Assembly (NCBI GenBank): GCA_965267575.1
Contig: OZ254086.1
Coordinates: 3,104,001-3,168,000 of the forward strand
Reading direction: 5' to 3'
Length of the DNA stretch: 64,000 bases
Origin: Calditrichales bacterium
GTDB taxonomy: Bacteria; Calditrichota; Calditrichia; Calditrichales; J004
In this document: in pieces, positions 9,155-19,919 of the stretch
How positions within the stretch are numbered: position 1 is the first letter of the stretch
Layout: each line of letters begins with the position of its first letter
The notes under the pieces: model-generated
The model's input: only the letters and a program-made list of their open reading frames with translations
What the model was told of the DNA's origin: nothing
Database searches by the model: none
Program-made: the position numbers and the translations under genes

Positions 9155-10729
9155 TCATTTGGGCGGTATCTTGCTCATGGCCCGTTCCGCCAGCGCCGTA
9201 ATGGTCAGCGACGGATTAACACCGGGGTTGGCCGATATCATCGAGCCATCACAAACGTACATATTTTGGTAACCGAAAACACGGTTATCTTTGTCAATCA
9301 CCCCTTCGGCCACGTCTTTCCCCATAACGCAGCCGCCCAGTATATGCGCGGTTGTAGGTATGCCGGCGATTGTTTCCGTGGCCAGGGACGTTGGCCTGCC
9401 ATCAACGATGCGGCTGTATCTGTCGGCCAGTTCCTTTGCTTCAGGCACAAAGGCCGTCGGGGCATCGCCTTCCTCCATGGAAGATTTCATGCCGAAAAGC
9501 GATTTGCTGAAGCGCAGCGTACTGTCGATAGTGCGCATAAACAGGAGTATCTGCGTACGCTTTGCCCAGTCGTCCACAAAGTAGGTGCGCAGGCTCAGCC
9601 AGGGATTGCGCACAATATCGCGCAGGGCTACACCCAGCCGCACAAACAGGTTTTTGCCGTGGGCCATCGGCGACATAAGGATGCGCCAGAAACCGCTGCC
9701 CGCCGGATAACGCACCGGCTCCAGATGGCTGTGGGGGTCGGTATGCAAAATAGAGCCGATGGCAATACCGTCTGAGAAAACCTGTTTTCCCCGGGGATCG
9801 GTAATGCCGATAAGACTCTCCGAATTGGTGCGGATTTTGTGACCGACGCGTTCGGAGAGGCGTGGCAGGCTTCTCTTTTTCAGCTCTAGCAAAAGCGGGA
9901 CCGTTCCAAGCACACCGCCGGCAAAGACAATCCCCTTACAATCGTAATAGCCTTTTTTCTTTATGATGCCCGTGGAGTTTTTCCAGTAGACGCGGTAGCC
10001 GCCGGCTCCGTCCTTTCCGTTGGTTGGCCGCACATCGTAAACCTCGGCTTCAGGCATAACTTTGGCGCCCCTGCTTCGGGCCAGGTAAAGATAGTTTTTG
10101 TCCAGTGTGTTCTTGGCGTTGTAGCGGCAACCGACCATGCAGCCGCCGCAGAAGTTACAGCCGGCCCTTTCCGGGCCCTCGCCGCCGAAGTAGGGATCGG
10201 GCACAGTTTTATCGGGCGCGCCAAAAAATACCGCCACTTCGGTGGGCTCAAAATGTTGCTCTTTGCCGATTTCCTCTGCTAGCTTTTTTAATGCCAGATC
10301 GCCCGTTTCCAGGCGCGGGTTGCGCGTCGCCCCCAGCATTTTTTTGGCGATGGGATAAAACGGCGCCAGCTCCTTTTGCCAGTCTGCCAGGTGCGCCCAG
10401 CCCGGCGCGCTGAAAAAAGAGTGTTTGGGAAGGGGCAGGGTGTTGGCATACACCAGCGATCCGCCGCCCACGCCCACGCCGGAGAGGATCGTTATATGGC
10501 GGAAAAAGGTGATCTTGAAGAAGCCGAACAGTCGCAGGGCCGGCAGCCACAGCCAGCGTTTAACGTTCCACGAGCGCTTGGGGAAATCGTGGGGTTGCCA
10601 TTCGCGGCCCTTTTCAATAACCAGCACACTGTAGCCTTTTTCCGCCAGGCGCAGCGCCGACACGGAGCCTCCGAAACCGCTGCCGATTACGATAAAGTCA
10701 TACTGTTCTGTACTTTTGTGATTCGCCAT
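9155..10729 (-). CDS. GMC oxidoreductase, cholesterol oxidase (ChoD)-like
   Basis: IGSGFGGSV FAD motif, GVGVGGGSLVYAN, CNFCGGCMVGC, KNTLDKNYL, TAHILGG, NPSLTI. Confidence 0.88.
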   Translation of the reverse strand: MANHKSTEQYDFIVIGSGFGGSVSALRLAEKGYSVLVIEKGREWQPHDFPKRSWNVKRWLWLPALRLFGFFKITFFRHITILSGVGVGGGSLVYANTLPLPKHSFFSAPGWAHLADWQKELAPFYPIAKKMLGATRNPRLETGDLALKKLAEEIGKEQHFEPTEVAVFFGAPDKTVPDPYFGGEGPERAGCNFCGGCMVGCRYNAKNTLDKNYLYLARSRGAKVMPEAEVYDVRPTNGKDGAGGYRVYWKNSTGIIKKKGYYDCKGIVFAGGVLGTVPLLLELKKRSLPRLSERVGHKIRTNSESLIGITDPRGKQVFSDGIAIGSILHTDPHSHLEPVRYPAGSGFWRILMSPMAHGKNLFVRLGVALRDIVRNPWLSLRTYFVDDWAKRTQILLFMRTIDSTLRFSKSLFGMKSSMEEGDAPTAFVPEAKELADRYSRIVDGRPTSLATETIAGIPTTAHILGGCVMGKDVAEGVIDKDNRVFGYQNMYVCDGSMISANPGVNPSLTITALAERAMSKIPPK

Positions 10730-10741
10730 AAATACAATCGC

Positions 10742-11218
10742 CTAGACGGATGCCTTTTGCGGAAACTTGCCACTCACCCGGAACCACCAGCGGAAGCAGG
10801 CATGGAACGGGTCGACCGGTTTCAGGAACATCATCGGGCAGCCGCTGTCTATCACTTTGATGTTGTTTTGGCGGCACAATTCAACTGCTTCGCCGGAAAC
10901 GCTGCTGCCCATGCCGCGGTGCATCCAGACGCGTTCGATGCCCAGTTCGATGCAATCTTTTACAATGTTGATTGTATTTTGCGGCGCGGTAACGATAATG
11001 ACAACGTCCGCTTTGTGTGGCAAGGCGGCAAGGCCGGCATAGCAGGGGATATCGCCGATTTTGTCGGCTTCGGGATGGACGGCATACACTTCGTAGCCGC
11101 TTTTTTGAAGCTTTTCGTAAATGACGTTGGCGGCGTCTTTTTTGTGGCGCGATAACCCCGCTATGGCGATGTGCTTTTGCTCCAGGAAATCAGTGGCCAG
11201 TTCATCAATGTAGGACAT
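10742..11218 (-). CDS. CoA-binding protein (YccU-like)
   Basis: IAIAGLSR, GYEVYAVHP, VWMH, GCPMM. Confidence 0.85.
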   Translation of the reverse strand: MSYIDELATDFLEQKHIAIAGLSRHKKDAANVIYEKLQKSGYEVYAVHPEADKIGDIPCYAGLAALPHKADVVIIVTAPQNTINIVKDCIELGIERVWMHRGMGSSVSGEAVELCRQNNIKVIDSGCPMMFLKPVDPFHACFRWWFRVSGKFPQKASV

Positions 11219-11260
11219 ATCTGGTATCCATTTTTGTGTTCGCGCGGGGTGTTTTGTAAA

Positions 11261-12508
11261 TCAGGATTCTTTGTCATCACGCAGGATCGGCATGGTCATA
11301 CAGCGGCAACCGCCGCCGCCGCGGGTAAGCTCATTGCCGCGAATAGCCACAGCGTATTTCTCCATTTTGTTCAGATTAACTTTCCCGCTGAGCACGTCGT
11401 CGGCCTCCACGCGTGGTATACCGGCTTTTTCCAGCTCCTCGAATGTGCGGTAATTGAGGCCGTAGCCCATAACCCGTCCCGGCGCGATGGTGAAGAAGTT
11501 GGCGCCGGATTGCCATTGCTCGCGCTTTTGCGTAAGGGGATCGCTGCCACCGCAATAGATCGGCTCCAGCTTGATGTCCACCTGGCGCAGGGCGCGCAGC
11601 AGGTATTCGTGGCGGCTAAAGCGCGGCGCGTCCGGTTTGCTGATGTCGATATGGACCACATCAACCGCGCTGCCCTCGCTGATCATCTCCGGGAACACCA
11701 CGGCCTTGTCATAATCGATCATCGTAAAAACCATGTCCAGGTGGATCATGGCTCGGTGTTTGGGCAGCATCACCACAAAAATGTTTTTAATTTTACCCTC
11801 ACGCTTGAAATGTTCCACCAGGTAATCGATGCCTCTCGGGCTGGTGCGTTCGCTCATACCGACCGCAAGCACATCTTCACGCAAAATCAGAATATCGCCA
11901 CCTTCAAAAGTAGCGTCCGGCATATACATTTCCGATGTATCCACCAAACGTCCTTCGCAGTCCAGTTCCGGGTGGTAGCTGAAAATATAGCTCATCAGGA
12001 TTGCTTCCATGGTGCGTACGCTGGTGGCCATATTGCCGATCAGCACGTGGCGGTTTACAACCATCGCGGCGTCACGGGTGAAGAAGAGGTTGGGCAGGGG
12101 CGGCAAGGCAAACTGATTGGAAGAAAGGTATCGCTCGAGCGTGTTGCGCTTCAATTCGCTGCCCATCAGCAGACGTTTTGTAAGTTTTTTGGGGCTCAGT
12201 TTCAGCAGCTCTTCAATGTATTCGGGGACGTTGAGCTTATGGCAGACTTCCGTTACCAGTTCCTGGCGAATGTTGTCGTTTTTAAAAATATCCTGTAAAA
12301 GATCGGTGACCTGGAAAGGCTGTGCCACTTTTGCCAGGACACCGCTCATCTGGTCATGCTGGTCGCGGGCGTTTTGCAGATTCAGAATATCGTCATAGAG
12401 AAGCTCGTCGGTCGCCTCCGGCGTCATTAATTCCAGTTCCGGACCGGGTGAATGAACAATGACTTTTTTCAATTTTGCTATTTCTGAACGAACTTGAACC
12501 GTGTTCAC
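11261..12508 (-). CDS. arcA: Arginine deiminase
   Basis: SEIAKLKKVIVHSPG, LLYDD, NLFFTRD, EGGD, SERT, HLD, GGGCRCMTMP; GTG start after SD AAGGAG. Confidence 0.93.
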   Translation of the reverse strand: MNTVQVRSEIAKLKKVIVHSPGPELELMTPEATDELLYDDILNLQNARDQHDQMSGVLAKVAQPFQVTDLLQDIFKNDNIRQELVTEVCHKLNVPEYIEELLKLSPKKLTKRLLMGSELKRNTLERYLSSNQFALPPLPNLFFTRDAAMVVNRHVLIGNMATSVRTMEAILMSYIFSYHPELDCEGRLVDTSEMYMPDATFEGGDILILREDVLAVGMSERTSPRGIDYLVEHFKREGKIKNIFVVMLPKHRAMIHLDMVFTMIDYDKAVVFPEMISEGSAVDVVHIDISKPDAPRFSRHEYLLRALRQVDIKLEPIYCGGSDPLTQKREQWQSGANFFTIAPGRVMGYGLNYRTFEELEKAGIPRVEADDVLSGKVNLNKMEKYAVAIRGNELTRGGGGCRCMTMPILRDDKES

Positions 12509-12634
12509 ATATTCTCCTTAGTTAATAATATGGCAATCCATGGAACAGGTAGCCTTAATATCACGGTAAATTAGTATAGTCCCAGATGAGGCGCAAGGTG
12601 CGGTGATATGCAACAACGGAAGAGGCATGAAAAC

Positions 12635-12664
12635 AAAAAAGGCCCGCGAAGTGATCACGGGCCT
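12635..12664 (-). terminator. Rho-independent terminator
   Basis: Minus strand reads AGGCCCGTGA-loop-TCGCGGGCC followed by T6, downstream of 12682-13242. Confidence 0.8.
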
Positions 12665-12681
12665 GCGCTTATAGCTATTTA

Positions 12682-13242
12682 TTAAGAAGGCCAGAGCCAG
12701 CCAAAAACGCCCGCTGTGAGAAGCGCATAAATCAGGGCGTCAAAAACCGACTTCAGCGTAGTGGACCAGCTGCGTTTGTACCAGATGGAGCCTTCCAGCA
12801 AAGCCAATCCATAGCCGGCAAATGCCGTGGCGCCGGCAAAGCGGAACACTTCAAGGTAATGCGCGCCCGCCGGCAAAGCTCTACCGGCGATATATGCGGC
12901 AAATATGCCGACCACAATACTAAACACAAACCACTGTGCCAGGCTCGCTCCCATTTTGGGCTCGCCGTTTTCCATCACCGTCAGGATAGCGACGGGTCCC
13001 TTTTTCAGTTTTTCCTTGTAGGCATCGGTCTGCCGCTCCTTGTTGTCTGCAGCGTGGGGGATCGTATATTCGCCGGGCGGAATATTTAACGGCTGCAGGT
13101 TTTGCCTAACCTTTTCCTCGTCGGGCAGGCGGGCAAAATCGCTGTTATGATAACCAAGCACCATATGAATAACGGAGCTGGCGACAAATACGATGACCGC
13201 TGATAACAAAATAGGCAGCCATAATGATAAAACGGGTACCAT
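12682..13242 (-). CDS. Hypothetical integral membrane protein
   Basis: About 4 hydrophobic helices; strong SD AAAGGAGG. Confidence 0.75.
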   Translation of the reverse strand: MVPVLSLWLPILLSAVIVFVASSVIHMVLGYHNSDFARLPDEEKVRQNLQPLNIPPGEYTIPHAADNKERQTDAYKEKLKKGPVAILTVMENGEPKMGASLAQWFVFSIVVGIFAAYIAGRALPAGAHYLEVFRFAGATAFAGYGLALLEGSIWYKRSWSTTLKSVFDALIYALLTAGVFGWLWPS

Positions 13243-13378
13243 ATAAGCCTCCTTTGCCGGTTTAAACCGGTAAAATAATATGGATGGGATTGTATGAAAG
13301 TAAGTAGTTCAGCTATGACAATATAACCCTAATAAGCAGGCCGTGCCAGAATTAGTTGTAAATCGTAGCGCGTTATGT

Positions 13379-13738
13379 CTAAAATCCTGGCGGGTTCTTG
13401 CCCTGCAGACGCAGGAACGAAAGTTTATCCCAGTAGCCGCGTTGTTCCACAATCAAGCCATCCGTGATATGGAAAAAGCCACAACCGCGCAACCCATTGG
13501 GATCGCTCCATTCCAGCACGGCCCACTCACCCTCACAAATGATCTGCTCGACCTGGCAGACCATCTCAGCCGTTTTGAATTCTTCCTCAAACATACGGCG
13601 GATAGCTTCGCGGCCATGAACAGCCTTCTCCGGTATCTGGTGGTTGATGGCGTCTTCACTGTACATGGCGGCCAGCGCGTCAACATCCATTGCGTTGAAG
13701 CGTTCTACCCATTGCAAAATAATCTGTTTTAGAGACAT
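13379..13738 (-). CDS. SnoaL/NTF2-like protein
   Basis: FNAMDVDALAAMYSEDA, GREAI, QRGYWD. Confidence 0.85.
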   Translation of the reverse strand: MSLKQIILQWVERFNAMDVDALAAMYSEDAINHQIPEKAVHGREAIRRMFEEEFKTAEMVCQVEQIICEGEWAVLEWSDPNGLRGCGFFHITDGLIVEQRGYWDKLSFLRLQGKNPPGF

Positions 13739-13754
13739 GGTTCTGAAAGATATT

Positions 13755-13780
13755 AAAAGGGCGGCCCGTTTGAGCCGCCC
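13755..13780 (-). terminator. Rho-independent terminator after the M3 peptidase
   Basis: GGGCGGC-N8-GCCGCCC followed by TTTT on the minus strand. Confidence 0.7.
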
Positions 13781-13788
13781 ATGATGTT

Positions 13789-15891
13789 TTAGTTCAGGCC
13801 TCTGCGTTTCAGCAGCGGTTCAATTTGTGGCTCCTGGCCACGGAAGTTGACGTACATGGTCATGGCGTCTTCCGTGCCGCCCTTGGCGAGGATATTGTCG
13901 CGGTAAGCCTTGGCCGTTTTCTGGTCAAAAATGCCGCTCTCTTTGAACGCCTCAAAGGCGTCGGCGTCCATTACCTCGGACCAGATGTAGCTGTAGTAGC
14001 CGGATGAATAGCCACCGATAATATGGCGGAAGTAGGTGGAACGGTAGCGGCTGATAATCTCGGGAATCAGGCCGATCTCGTCCAGCGCCGCTTTTTCGAA
14101 AGCATTTACGTCGCGCTGTTTCTCTTCATTCAGCGTATGCCAGGCCATATCCAGGTAGCTTGCTGCCAGGTATTCTACTGTCGCAAAACCCTGGTTAAAC
14201 TGGTTGGCTGCTTTGATCTTGTCAATCAGTTCCTGCGGCATTACGTCACCAGTCTCATAGTGGAAGGCATAGAGCTTCAGCATTTCCGGCTCCAGAACCC
14301 AGTTTTCCAAAACCTGCGAAGGAAATTCCACAAAATCGCGCGGGACGTCCGTACCCGAAATACTTGGATAGGTGCAGTCGGAAAGCAAACCATGCAGCGC
14401 GTGGCCGAATTCATGGAACAGCGTGTTGGCCTCATCCAGGCTGAGCAGGGAAGGGGTGTCCGCGGTCGGTTTGGTGAAGTTGCCCACATTAACAATGATC
14501 GGCAGCACTTCGCCATCCATTCTCTGCTGCTTGCGGTAAGAGTTCATCCATGCGCCACCGCGCTTGCTTTCGCGGTAAAACCAATCGGATAAGTAAACGC
14601 CGATCGTCTCGCCGTTTTCATCTTTTACAACATAGGTCTTCACTTCCGGATGGTATTTAGGTATGTCGTCACGCTCTTCAAAGGTCAGACCAAACAGCTT
14701 CGCTGCCAGTACAAATGAGCCGTTAATCACATTGTCAATCTTGAGGTAGGCGCGGATTTCGTCTTCATCGAGGCTGTATTTCTGCTTGCGTATTTTTTCG
14801 GCGTAGTACCACCAATCCCAGGATGCCAGTTTAAAATCGCCGCCCTCGGCATCGATCATATCCTGCATCATATCGCGTTCTTTTTTAGCCATGGCGAGTG
14901 CGGCTGGCCATATCTTATCCAGAAGCTCGTAAACATTTTCGGAGTTTTTGGCCATGCGTTCTTCCAGAACGAAATCGGCGTGCGTGTCATAGCCCAGAAG
15001 CTGCGCTTTGCGCACGCGCAGGTTGGTTACCTTGTTTACGATCTCCTTGTTATCAAATTCATTATTATTATCCCCGCGATTGATGTAGCCTTTATAGAGC
15101 TTTTCGCGCAGGTCACGACGTTCCGAATACTGGATAAAGGGTATCAGGCTGGGCTTATGCAGCGTGAACAGCCATTTGCCATCGTAGCCCTTTGCCTTGG
15201 CCGCTTCGGCGCCGGCATTACGAACGTTCTGCGGTAAACCGGCCAGGTCTTCCTCGTTGTCAATAACAAGCTCGAAGCCGTTGTCTTCTTTTAAAACGTT
15301 TTCGCCAAATTGTACGGATAGAACGGAGAGTTCTTCGTTAATGGCGCGCATTTTTTCTTTATCCGCTTCACTCAGGTTGGCGCCGGCACGAACAAACCCT
15401 TTGTAGTAGTCTTCAAGAAGCCGCTCCTGTTCACGCGTCAGAGCCAGATCTTTCTGGTTGTCATAAAGTGTCTTTACGCGCTCAAACAGGTCGGCATTAA
15501 GATAGATGTCGTCGCTGTGCTTGGAAAGAAGCGGGCTGATCTCCTTTTGGATGGCCTGCTTGGCATCGTTGGTGTTGGCAGATACCAGGTTATAGAATAC
15601 GTAAGAGACCTTATTAAGCAGTTTGCCGGAACGTTCCATTGCCTCTATTGTATTGGCAAAGGTCGGTGCTTCTTCGTTTTGCGCGATTCCTTCAATCTCC
15701 CTGAGGTGCTCTTCCATACCCTTTTTAAAGGCCGGCATGTAGTGCTCATCGGCAATTTCCGAAAAAGGCGGTACGCCAAAAGGCGTTTGCCATTCCGTGT
15801 AGAAGGGATTCTCACCCGTCGCAGTGCTTTCCTTTTGTGAACAGGACATAATAAAAACTCCTAAGCATAGAAAAAGAGTTAAGCGTATCAT
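13789..15891 (-). CDS. dcp: M3 family metallopeptidase (peptidyl-dipeptidase Dcp), lipoprotein
   Basis: Lipobox IMSC, KRGGAWM, FHEFGHALH, DFVEFPSQ, GYYSYIWSE. Confidence 0.9.
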   Translation of the reverse strand: MIRLTLFLCLGVFIMSCSQKESTATGENPFYTEWQTPFGVPPFSEIADEHYMPAFKKGMEEHLREIEGIAQNEEAPTFANTIEAMERSGKLLNKVSYVFYNLVSANTNDAKQAIQKEISPLLSKHSDDIYLNADLFERVKTLYDNQKDLALTREQERLLEDYYKGFVRAGANLSEADKEKMRAINEELSVLSVQFGENVLKEDNGFELVIDNEEDLAGLPQNVRNAGAEAAKAKGYDGKWLFTLHKPSLIPFIQYSERRDLREKLYKGYINRGDNNNEFDNKEIVNKVTNLRVRKAQLLGYDTHADFVLEERMAKNSENVYELLDKIWPAALAMAKKERDMMQDMIDAEGGDFKLASWDWWYYAEKIRKQKYSLDEDEIRAYLKIDNVINGSFVLAAKLFGLTFEERDDIPKYHPEVKTYVVKDENGETIGVYLSDWFYRESKRGGAWMNSYRKQQRMDGEVLPIIVNVGNFTKPTADTPSLLSLDEANTLFHEFGHALHGLLSDCTYPSISGTDVPRDFVEFPSQVLENWVLEPEMLKLYAFHYETGDVMPQELIDKIKAANQFNQGFATVEYLAASYLDMAWHTLNEEKQRDVNAFEKAALDEIGLIPEIISRYRSTYFRHIIGGYSSGYYSYIWSEVMDADAFEAFKESGIFDQKTAKAYRDNILAKGGTEDAMTMYVNFRGQEPQIEPLLKRRGLN

Positions 15892-15999
15892 TGGTCAATC
15901 TCCATGGTTGTAAAATAAGGTCTGCTATTTTACAAATTTTTTTTAAATGGTACGATTGTTTTTTGGGCGTGTGGGGATATTATCGGGGGAATTTCAACT

Positions 16000-18900
16000 T
16001 TAGCTGTCCAGAAGCGTTCTTACTTTGCGTGCCAGCTCTTCATGGGAATAAGGTTTCTGTATAAAATCCATGCCTTCTTTCAGTATGCTTTCGCGCACAA
16101 CGCCGCTGTCCGTGTAGCCGGAGAAAAATAATATTTTCTGTTCCGGATAGTCTTTGTGTATGTTCGACGCCATTTCACGCCCATTCATCAGGGGCATTAT
16201 AACATCACTCAAAACAAGGCTTATTTTACGGTGTTGTTTTTTGTAAACACTTAAGGCTTCCTCACCGTTGGCCGCTGTTACTACCTTATAGCCGTAATAA
16301 GACAGGGAAGCGGATGTCACGTTGCGCACCGTTTGATCGTCTTCAACGAGAAGAATAGTTTCATTGCCCGTCAGCTTTTCCGTGGCTGCCTTTTGGGCTT
16401 TACTGCGACGTCCTTTTTCCCCTGCACGCGGCAGGAAGATTTTGAATGTAGAGCCTTTGCCGCGTTTGCTGAAAACATAGATAAAACCGTTGTTTTGCTT
16501 CACGATACCGTACACGGTCGCCAGGCCGAGACCGGTGCCTTTGTTGCGTTCTTTCGTTGTATAAAAAGGCTCAAAAATGTGAGAACGGGTTTCCTCGTCC
16601 ATGCCCAGACCGCTGTCACTGATGCTGAGTATAACGTAGCACCCGGCATGCATACCCGGAAACTGGCCGGTATCTTCTTTTATTATTTCCGCGTTGCGCG
16701 TTTCGATGGTCAGCTTACCGCCGGAGGGCATGGCGTCCCGGGCGTTAATGGCAATATTCATAATGATCTGTTCCATCTGGCCGGGGTCGGCTTTTATCGT
16801 CCATAAGCCTGGGTCAAAATCAGTAACAATCTCAATACTTTCGCTTAACAGACGTCCCAGCATTTTGGTGTGGTCTGTAATAAGCGTGTTCAAATTGACA
16901 ATTTCCGGCTTAATAATCTGCTTGCGGCTGAATGTCAGCAGCTGATTGGTCAGCCTGCCTGCCCTTTCGCTGGCTGTCTTAATCTGGCTTATGGGGTTTA
17001 CCAGTTCCTGTTGCAGTTCCAGAAGCAATAGCAGGTCGCAATAGCCGTTAATGATCGTCAGCAGATTATTGAAATCGTGGGCCACGCCTCCCGCCAACTG
17101 GCCAACAGCCTCCATTTTCTGGGCCTGGCGCAGTTGTTCCTCGAGCCTTTTACGTTCGGTGATATCGCGGAGGACGCCCTGGGTCGCCATACCATCCTTG
17201 TAACGTATGTAGGACACCGCCGCCTCTACTTCGATTTCTCTGCCATCTGTAGAAACCGCCGTAAATTCATATTTGGGTGAAAGTTCCTCACCGCTTTCAA
17301 TCCGCCGGATGCGCTCTTCCACCACTGACCTGCTGTCCGGCGCAACCAGCAGCATAATGTCAAAATTTTCCTGACTGGCTTGTTCAGGGGAAATATTAAA
17401 CATCTTTTGAAACTTGCTGTTTACCAGCTCCAGGCGGCGATTGTAAAGAAGGTAAATGGCGTCTTCGGACTGCTCAATCAGCGTGCGATATTTCTCTTCG
17501 CTTTCACGATGGGCCTCTTCGGATTGAACCTGTAGCGTAATATCTTCCACCAACCCTATGCCGGCGATTATTTTGCCACTGTCATCCGGAATACCCTTGA
17601 ACATGGCGCGCACATAAGTTGTTTTATTGCTGGTAACAGACGTGTACCATCCGTTATAACTGCCCTCGCCCTTCTCAAGCGCCATTTTAACAGCTTCCGT
17701 TACCTCGTTGTTTTTGAGCTGCGTTAACATGTTAAGACCAATAAGGCTTTTGCTGGAAGAACCAATAATCCGGATGAAGTGTTCGTTGCAGTCGGTAATT
17801 GTGCCGTCTTTGCTGAAATGGAAAATGCCCAGTGGTGAATTATAAAAAATGTTACGATACTTCTTTTCGCTTTCACGTAAAAATTGCTCGGCTTGTTTTC
17901 GGCGGGTGACGTCACTGACCACGTCCATAATATATTGTGGCTGACCCTTTCCATCGCGGATAAGTGAGAGATGAAATTCACCTATAAAAGTGCTGCCGTC
18001 CTTGCGGATTAATCGAACCTCAAAATTGTTGATCTTACCGTCGGTGAGCAATTGCTTTACGGCTTCCGCCGCTTTTTCGCGCTCTTCTTTCGCAATCAGG
18101 TTAAACGCGTTTGTGTTTTGCAACTCGCTGGCCTCATACCCAAACAGTTTTGCCTTCTGCCCGTTCAGGTAAACGATATTACCACTCAGGTCCATCAGCG
18201 AGATTCCCTCCTGAGCGGTCTCCACGAGTGTCCGGTAATGTTGCTCACTGCGGCTTAGGGCATCCTCGGCATGCTTACGCTGGGTAACATCGATCATAAC
18301 ACCACGCAGTTGTGCGGCTTTGCCGTTTTCGACCACAACCGTTACCACATCCTTTAGCCAGATGATGTTTTTGTTGCGGGCAACCATCCGGTATTCGAAA
18401 GCGTGGTTTCTTAATTCGGCGGTGGCATTGGTGCAAAAATCAGGTACCCATTTTCTGTCTTCCGCGTGCACGTGGTTTATCCAAAAATCAGGTTCATTCA
18501 GCCAGCGCTGCACAGGATAGCCCAATATTTCCTCAGCTTTGTGGCTGACATAAGTAAAACGCAGAGGATTGGGGTCAGCCTCCCAGACAATCAGGTCGAT
18601 CGATTCGATAAGTTCTGCAAAGTGATTTTGTGGAAATGATGATGCCGTTGAGACGGAAACTCGATTAGCAGGAATCTCACGAAAATGCCATACGTGCTCG
18701 GTCACTCCGATGGAGATCTCATTTGAAAAATAATCAACGAGAAGCGTGCGTCCGTCTTTAAGGACAAATCGCTCATTCTCAAAGCTTTCGTCGTCGCGCT
18801 GCAGCACTGCAAAGCTCTTTTCAAAGGTGTCCCCGTTTTGCACATGTTGCTTCAGGCAGTAGGCAATCTTCTGCAAATCACCCCTTTTGGGCAATGCATC

Positions 18901-19062
18901 CTTACCGATTTGAAAGAGTTTGTAAAATTGTTGATTGGCGGCCAGCCGGCCGGAAGGTCTGAGCAGAACGAGAGCGGCAAAAGGGAGTTTGTCGATATAT
19001 TTCGCGTATCCGTGCGAAGCGAGTTCCGAATGCGGTCGTTTTTTATCCATGGATGGCTGCAC
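16000..19062 (-). CDS. Multi-PAS hybrid sensor histidine kinase / receiver
   Basis: Several PAS/PAC repeats, [12 protein letters not shown]-box, NARDAM, GTGLGL, C-terminal REC (LVEDD...SDVIMP...KP). Confidence 0.93.
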   Translation of the reverse strand: MQPSMDKKRPHSELASHGYAKYIDKLPFAALVLLRPSGRLAANQQFYKLFQIGKDALPKRGDLQKIAYCLKQHVQNGDTFEKSFAVLQRDDESFENERFVLKDGRTLLVDYFSNEISIGVTEHVWHFREIPANRVSVSTASSFPQNHFAELIESIDLIVWEADPNPLRFTYVSHKAEEILGYPVQRWLNEPDFWINHVHAEDRKWVPDFCTNATAELRNHAFEYRMVARNKNIIWLKDVVTVVVENGKAAQLRGVMIDVTQRKHAEDALSRSEQHYRTLVETAQEGISLMDLSGNIVYLNGQKAKLFGYEASELQNTNAFNLIAKEEREKAAEAVKQLLTDGKINNFEVRLIRKDGSTFIGEFHLSLIRDGKGQPQYIMDVVSDVTRRKQAEQFLRESEKKYRNIFYNSPLGIFHFSKDGTITDCNEHFIRIIGSSSKSLIGLNMLTQLKNNEVTEAVKMALEKGEGSYNGWYTSVTSNKTTYVRAMFKGIPDDSGKIIAGIGLVEDITLQVQSEEAHRESEEKYRTLIEQSEDAIYLLYNRRLELVNSKFQKMFNISPEQASQENFDIMLLVAPDSRSVVEERIRRIESGEELSPKYEFTAVSTDGREIEVEAAVSYIRYKDGMATQGVLRDITERKRLEEQLRQAQKMEAVGQLAGGVAHDFNNLLTIINGYCDLLLLLELQQELVNPISQIKTASERAGRLTNQLLTFSRKQIIKPEIVNLNTLITDHTKMLGRLLSESIEIVTDFDPGLWTIKADPGQMEQIIMNIAINARDAMPSGGKLTIETRNAEIIKEDTGQFPGMHAGCYVILSISDSGLGMDEETRSHIFEPFYTTKERNKGTGLGLATVYGIVKQNNGFIYVFSKRGKGSTFKIFLPRAGEKGRRSKAQKAATEKLTGNETILLVEDDQTVRNVTSASLSYYGYKVVTAANGEEALSVYKKQHRKISLVLSDVIMPLMNGREMASNIHKDYPEQKILFFSGYTDSGVVRESILKEGMDFIQKPYSHEELARKVRTLLDS

Positions 19063-19208
19063 AAAATCCTCTCTTAGATGTTACTTTGGCTGATTCCAAT
19101 TCTTTCCCGGTGACCTGACATGCCCGTTATATCGGCGTTTACGGGGGCTTATCAAGTAAAAACATATAAAAAACTTCCTGCCCGCTTAAAATGTCAAGCA
19201 AAAAACAT

Positions 19209-19237
19209 TTGCAAAATCATCTATGGTATTTTATAAT
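19209..19237 (+). promoter_or_regulatory. Sigma70-type promoter of the TetR efflux operon
   Basis: TTGCAA (19209-19214), 17 bp spacer, TATAAT (19232-19237). Confidence 0.75.
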
Positions 19238-19252
19238 TAACCAGATGGTTAA
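19237..19252. promoter_or_regulatory. Probable TetR operator
   Basis: Perfect inverted repeat TTAACCA-GA-TGGTTAA directly after the -10 box. Confidence 0.7.
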
Positions 19253-19280
19253 ATAAATTAGTTAAAGCGTGTAGTTAAAA

Positions 19281-19907
19281 GTGAATTCATCAACGGAAAA
19301 AAAAATCCTGGAAGCAGCGACACAGCTTTTTATAGAGAAGGGCAGGCATGGGGCGCGCATGCAGGAAATAGCCGATCGCGCCGGCATAAACAAGGCGATG
19401 CTGCACTATTACTTCCGTAATAAAGAAAAATTATATGCCCATATTTTTGAGGTTACATTTAGTCGTTTTGCGGGCAATCTGCACATCATTTTTGAAAATG
19501 ATGAATCTGTTTTTGATAATCTGCAAGATTTTATAGATGCCTATTTGAGCATGCTGCAGGAAAATCCGCTGCTCCCTATTTTTATAAGCCGCGAGTTGAG
19601 CGAAGGAGGACAGACGGCGCGGGAAACGGTTTCAAGACTTATTGAAGAGGGACGTTTTAAGCTGCCGCGGGTTTTTACACAAAAAGTGCGAGAAGCGATT
19701 TCCGCCGGCGAGATCCGGTCTTTGGATCCGTTGCAGCTTTTGATCAGCCTGATTGGCTGCTGCGTCTATTTTTTCATAGCCGAACCATTGCTTAATATCA
19801 TTCTCAGCAAAGATGAAACGTACGACCGTGAAAAGTTCCTTGAGCAAAGGCGTGACGCTATTTACGATCTTTTTGTGCGGGGAATTGCTGCTAACAATAA
19901 AGGTTAA
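19281..19907 (+). CDS. TetR/AcrR family regulator
   Basis: ILEAATQLF...MQEIADRAGINKAMLHYYFRNKEKL HTH. Confidence 0.93.
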   Translation: MNSSTEKKILEAATQLFIEKGRHGARMQEIADRAGINKAMLHYYFRNKEKLYAHIFEVTFSRFAGNLHIIFENDESVFDNLQDFIDAYLSMLQENPLLPIFISRELSEGGQTARETVSRLIEEGRFKLPRVFTQKVREAISAGEIRSLDPLQLLISLIGCCVYFFIAEPLLNIILSKDETYDREKFLEQRRDAIYDLFVRGIAANNKG

Positions 19908-19919
19908 CCGGGAGATAAC

